From Candidatus Iainarchaeum sp. (GTDB taxonomy: Archaea; Iainarchaeota; Iainarchaeia; Iainarchaeales; CSSED10-239), in contig JBBISB010000001.1 of assembly GCA_037441475.1 (NCBI GenBank), positions 485,365 to 517,364 of the forward strand: a DNA stretch of 32,000 nucleotides. Reading direction: 5' to 3'. The position numbers and the translations under genes were made by a program. Below the pieces are notes generated by a model, which worked only from the letters and a program-made list of their open reading frames with translations, ran no database searches and had not been told where the DNA came from. Every line of letters begins with the position of its first letter. The stretch's first letter is position 1. Shown piece by piece: positions 29,194-32,000 of the stretch.

Positions 29194-31710
29194 ATGAAAA
29201 ATATAAATACAAACAAAATTGTTGCTGGTGTTGCGGCATTAGGTTTATCAGCTCTTTTAGCTGGTTCTGTTGTTGCTGCTAACGTTGGTGGAAACAATTT
29301 TAGTATGAACATCACTAAAGATACAATGTATAATAATGGTGTTCCTAGTGTTAGTGTTGTAGTAGGATCTATGGCACAACCAGTTGATGTAGTATGGGCT
29401 GGTAACATAGCTGCTGCTATTGGTAAAAAGGCTTACGTATCAACAGGTACTGCTGGTGGAGCTTCTTTACAAGACGTAACTATTGAAGTAGGTTCAAAAG
29501 GAGCTACAACTATTTCTGGTGACGGTTATTTAGCAGATAATTACATAGTTAATGCTGCTGAAACTACAAAAACAATAGATTATACAGATTATTCTGCAAT
29601 GTATAAAAAAGATACTTCTGCTGATTCAGATCACGCAGGTGCAAGTACTTTAACTATTTTTGATGAATTGTCAGTAAATGCAAAAGTTTTCTTTAATACA
29701 AATAAAGATGTAAAAGATTTAGTTGCATCTATAGATAGAGGCGCAATTACTTATACACTTGACTTTGATGAAGGTATTAAAAATAACTACACAGATTCAG
29801 GCGCAAGCCCAAGATTAAGGTTTAATTTAATGGGTGTTAACTATACTGTTGATTCATATGATGGAACTACATTAAAATTAGTTCAAAACTTAGCTACACA
29901 AACATATACTGCAGGTAATTCTTTCACTGTTGATCAATATACTGTTGAATTAGTAAGCTTTTTAGATACTGGTGCAAATACCAACAGATATGAAGTAGAA
30001 ATGAACTTAAAAGACGCTACAGGAAATATAGTAGAAACAAATGTATTCAGAACAGGAGATACAAAAATCTTTGATGAATACTTAACAGCTAATATAGATG
30101 TTGATACAGTATATTCTTCAAGTGTTAAATTAATAATGGGTTCTTCAGGTAAATTAGAATTCAAAAACGGCCAAAAAATAAATGATTTCCCTAATAAAGG
30201 AGATAAATTATGGAAGGCTACTTTCACAACAAGTGGTAGTTACTTAACAAAATTAGCTATGACTACTGATGATACATCTTTAAGATATACAAATGAAGAT
30301 GCATTAAGAGTAGGAGATAAAATTGAATTACCATTAGGTTTCGGTGCAATTGAATTTGCTGGATTAACTTCAGAAAAATCAACAGAATTCTCAATAAAAG
30401 ATAACTATATGTACTTTACAGACGCAGATAGAAAATCTCATGAAGTATTCTTCTATGATATAGATGAAGTAACAACAGCAAGAGATACATACACAACACC
30501 AGAATTAGACGGTAGACCATTATACTTCAAGTTCTATACTTCAAGTAATGCTGGTGATGCAAACTTCACTGTTCAATTAAATGATTCTGATGGAAAGTAT
30601 TTAGTTGATGGTGCTGTTGCTGGACCTGCTGCTAGTTGGGGCACAGCACAAACATTCTACACAACAGGAAACAAAGATATAAATGCTGATACTGTTGGTA
30701 CAACCTATACATTAGAACTTCCATTATACAACAACACAGATAGATTAGTTGAATACACTCTTGTATTACAACCTGGTGCAACAAATGTTTATTCTACAGT
30801 TAAAACAGTTGCTATGGGTTTAAAAGATAATCAAACAACTGATTTATATATTGGAGACACAACATACAGATGGGATATTGCTGATGTAGATGTTGATGGT
30901 ACAGATACTTCTGCATTCACAGACGATTCAAACATGGTTGGTTTAAGAGCACCTTCTGCTGCTGGATTACTTGCTGGTGTATTCAACAACTGGATAGCTA
31001 GAGATGAATTCCAATCTATTGCAAGAGTAAAAGTATATAATGCAACAGACAAATCAATCTATTCTTACATAGATGCATATACTGGTGACATGGTTAACTT
31101 AAATGATAACGATTTCACAGATACATATAAGCAAGTTGAATATTCTGATGATAATACAAATACTTTTGAATTAGATGATAAAAACAACACTACTTCATTA
31201 GAATTTGGTTACACAACATACGGTGCTTACGTATCTATTGAAGATGGAAACCCAATCATGACACTTCCAGAAAAACAATTAAAAGGACAATTATTCATCG
31301 GTGGAGGAACTACATCTTCAACTACTTTTAACGGTGGAGAACTTGTTTTAACAACTCCTGGTTCAGTTGTAACTACAGAAGACGGAAAAGTTTCAGCTAA
31401 ATTAGTTAAAGCTAACGTTTCTGGTTCAGCTTCAGTTGTTGCAATGACACCTGCTAACTGGAATGTTAACAACTCTAGATTAGTATACCTTGATAACGAA
31501 AGTATGTCAGGTGCTGGTGCAAAGATAATCGTTGGTGGACACTTAGTTAATACTTTAGCTAACGGAATCACAAACGAATACTTAACACAAGCTGGTCAAT
31601 ATGTTGTTGGTTCAACAGCTACAGGTAATGTTATAGTTGCTGGTTTCACAGCTGCTGACACTGCTGACGCTGCTAGAGCTTTAATAACAGCTATCGAAGC
31701 TTTAGAGTAA
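29194..31710 (+). CDS. S-layer protein (Methanococcales-type S_layer_N/S_layer_C architecture)
   Basis: Sec signal MKNINTNKIVAGVAALGLSALLAGSVVAANVG. N-terminal VVVGSMAQPVDVVWAGNIAAAIG and C-terminal IIVGGHLVNTLA...VIVAGFTAADTADAARALITAI resemble the conserved ends of archaeal S-layer proteins. It has 838 aa, no Cys, is Thr/Asn/Asp-rich and carries many N-x-S/T sequons. A strong SD (aaaaggtga) lies upstream and a strong terminator downstream. Confidence 0.8.
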   Translation: MKNINTNKIVAGVAALGLSALLAGSVVAANVGGNNFSMNITKDTMYNNGVPSVSVVVGSMAQPVDVVWAGNIAAAIGKKAYVSTGTAGGASLQDVTIEVGSKGATTISGDGYLADNYIVNAAETTKTIDYTDYSAMYKKDTSADSDHAGASTLTIFDELSVNAKVFFNTNKDVKDLVASIDRGAITYTLDFDEGIKNNYTDSGASPRLRFNLMGVNYTVDSYDGTTLKLVQNLATQTYTAGNSFTVDQYTVELVSFLDTGANTNRYEVEMNLKDATGNIVETNVFRTGDTKIFDEYLTANIDVDTVYSSSVKLIMGSSGKLEFKNGQKINDFPNKGDKLWKATFTTSGSYLTKLAMTTDDTSLRYTNEDALRVGDKIELPLGFGAIEFAGLTSEKSTEFSIKDNYMYFTDADRKSHEVFFYDIDEVTTARDTYTTPELDGRPLYFKFYTSSNAGDANFTVQLNDSDGKYLVDGAVAGPAASWGTAQTFYTTGNKDINADTVGTTYTLELPLYNNTDRLVEYTLVLQPGATNVYSTVKTVAMGLKDNQTTDLYIGDTTYRWDIADVDVDGTDTSAFTDDSNMVGLRAPSAAGLLAGVFNNWIARDEFQSIARVKVYNATDKSIYSYIDAYTGDMVNLNDNDFTDTYKQVEYSDDNTNTFELDDKNNTTSLEFGYTTYGAYVSIEDGNPIMTLPEKQLKGQLFIGGGTTSSTTFNGGELVLTTPGSVVTTEDGKVSAKLVKANVSGSASVVAMTPANWNVNNSRLVYLDNESMSGAGAKIIVGGHLVNTLANGITNEYLTQAGQYVVGSTATGNVIVAGFTAADTADAARALITAIEALE

Positions 31711-31742
31711 GTACTGCACAATAAAGAATAAAGAGAAAAATT

Positions 31743-31772
31743 AAAAAGGTTTTTTTAAAAAAACCTTTTTTC
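31743..31772 (+). terminator. Palindromic hairpin plus oligo-T terminator after the S-layer gene
   Basis: aaaaaggttttttt/aaaaaaaacctttttt is a near-perfect palindrome, followed by further T runs. Confidence 0.6.
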
Positions 31773-31930
31773 TTTCTTTTTGTTTTTTCCTTTTTTTTTA
31801 TTTTTAAATTTTTATAATTTTAATTCTATTTTCTTAAGTAAATTTTTATTTTTTTAAATATATTTTTTTATTTTATGTTAATTTATTTTTCTTATTAGTA
31901 TATTTTCTTGTTTAATATTATATTATTTAT

Positions 31931-32000
31931 CTATTAGTTTATTCCTTATCTATTAGTTTATTCCTTATCTATTAGTTTATTCCTTATCTATTAGTTTATT
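31931..32000. repeat. Perfect 19-bp tandem direct repeat (ctattagtttattccttat), at least 3.7 copies, truncated by the window end
   Basis: Units start at 31931, 31950, 31969 and 31988 (the last is partial). A degenerate copy, cttattagtatattttcttg, lies at 31891-31910. The array is preceded by about 150 nt of almost pure A/T. Confidence 0.9.

Noticed and set aside
29070-31571. Minus-strand ORFs antisense to the S-layer gene (29070-29408, 29934-30227, 30831-31052, 31227-31571)
   Set aside because: They are antisense shadows of a long, compositionally biased gene. None has start context or a recognisable domain.
31931-32000. Possible CRISPR array at the window end
   Set aside because: The 19-bp units are directly abutting with no spacers. 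The unit is too short for a CRISPR repeat, and no cas genes are visible. This is a tandem repeat, not a CRISPR array.

Overview
This is a strongly AT-rich, gene-dense archaeal window. The archaeal assignment rests on DUF361-type class III pilin signal peptides, an A24 prepilin peptidase, RtcB, Endonuclease Q, a Methanococcales-type S-layer protein and TATA-type promoters. Its content fits a small-genome, DPANN-like, surface-attached archaeon, but that placement is inference only.

Layout:
- 1-5222: an Epd/Tad-like type IV pilus operon. It holds two single-domain T2SSF platform genes, six class III signal-peptide pilins (one 59-aa gene is missing from the ORF track) and the prepilin peptidase.
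- 5236-7290: membrane genes. Two are damaged: an OB-fold gene with an in-frame TAG, and a TctA/DUF112-like permease broken by six -1 frameshifts.
- 7281-13669: housekeeping genes (SDR, JAMM/MPN+ protease, grpE-dnaK-dnaJ, rtcB).
- 13774-15761: a frameshifted hypothetical gene and a twice-frameshifted PRPP synthetase.
- 15858-20461: a secreted protein, then a pilin-anchored mosaic adhesin of about 1,300 codons interrupted by four -1 frameshifts.
- 20476-22913: Endonuclease Q, a BofA-like small membrane protein and a hypothetical protein.
- 23104-27731: a membrane-anchored DsbA-like oxidoreductase with an in-frame TAA. It sits divergent from a class III signal-peptide Cys-rich protein and an M6 (InhA-like) metalloprotease.
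- 27784-28232: a hicB-hicA cassette bracketed by imperfect direct repeats of about 67 nt or more that duplicate the protease 3' end.
- 28233-29193: a 961-bp stretch with no ORF.
- 29194-31710: the S-layer gene with a hairpin/oligo-T terminator.
- 31931 onward: perfect 19-bp tandem repeats running off the window end.

No tRNA, rRNA, CRISPR array or transposase was recognised.

Main themes for follow-up are the surface-interaction island (pilus, pilin-fused adhesin, Cys-rich pilin-like protein and protease, S-layer), the patchy gene-inactivating lesions in six genes, the repeat-flanked hicBA insertion, and the terminal iteron-like repeats.
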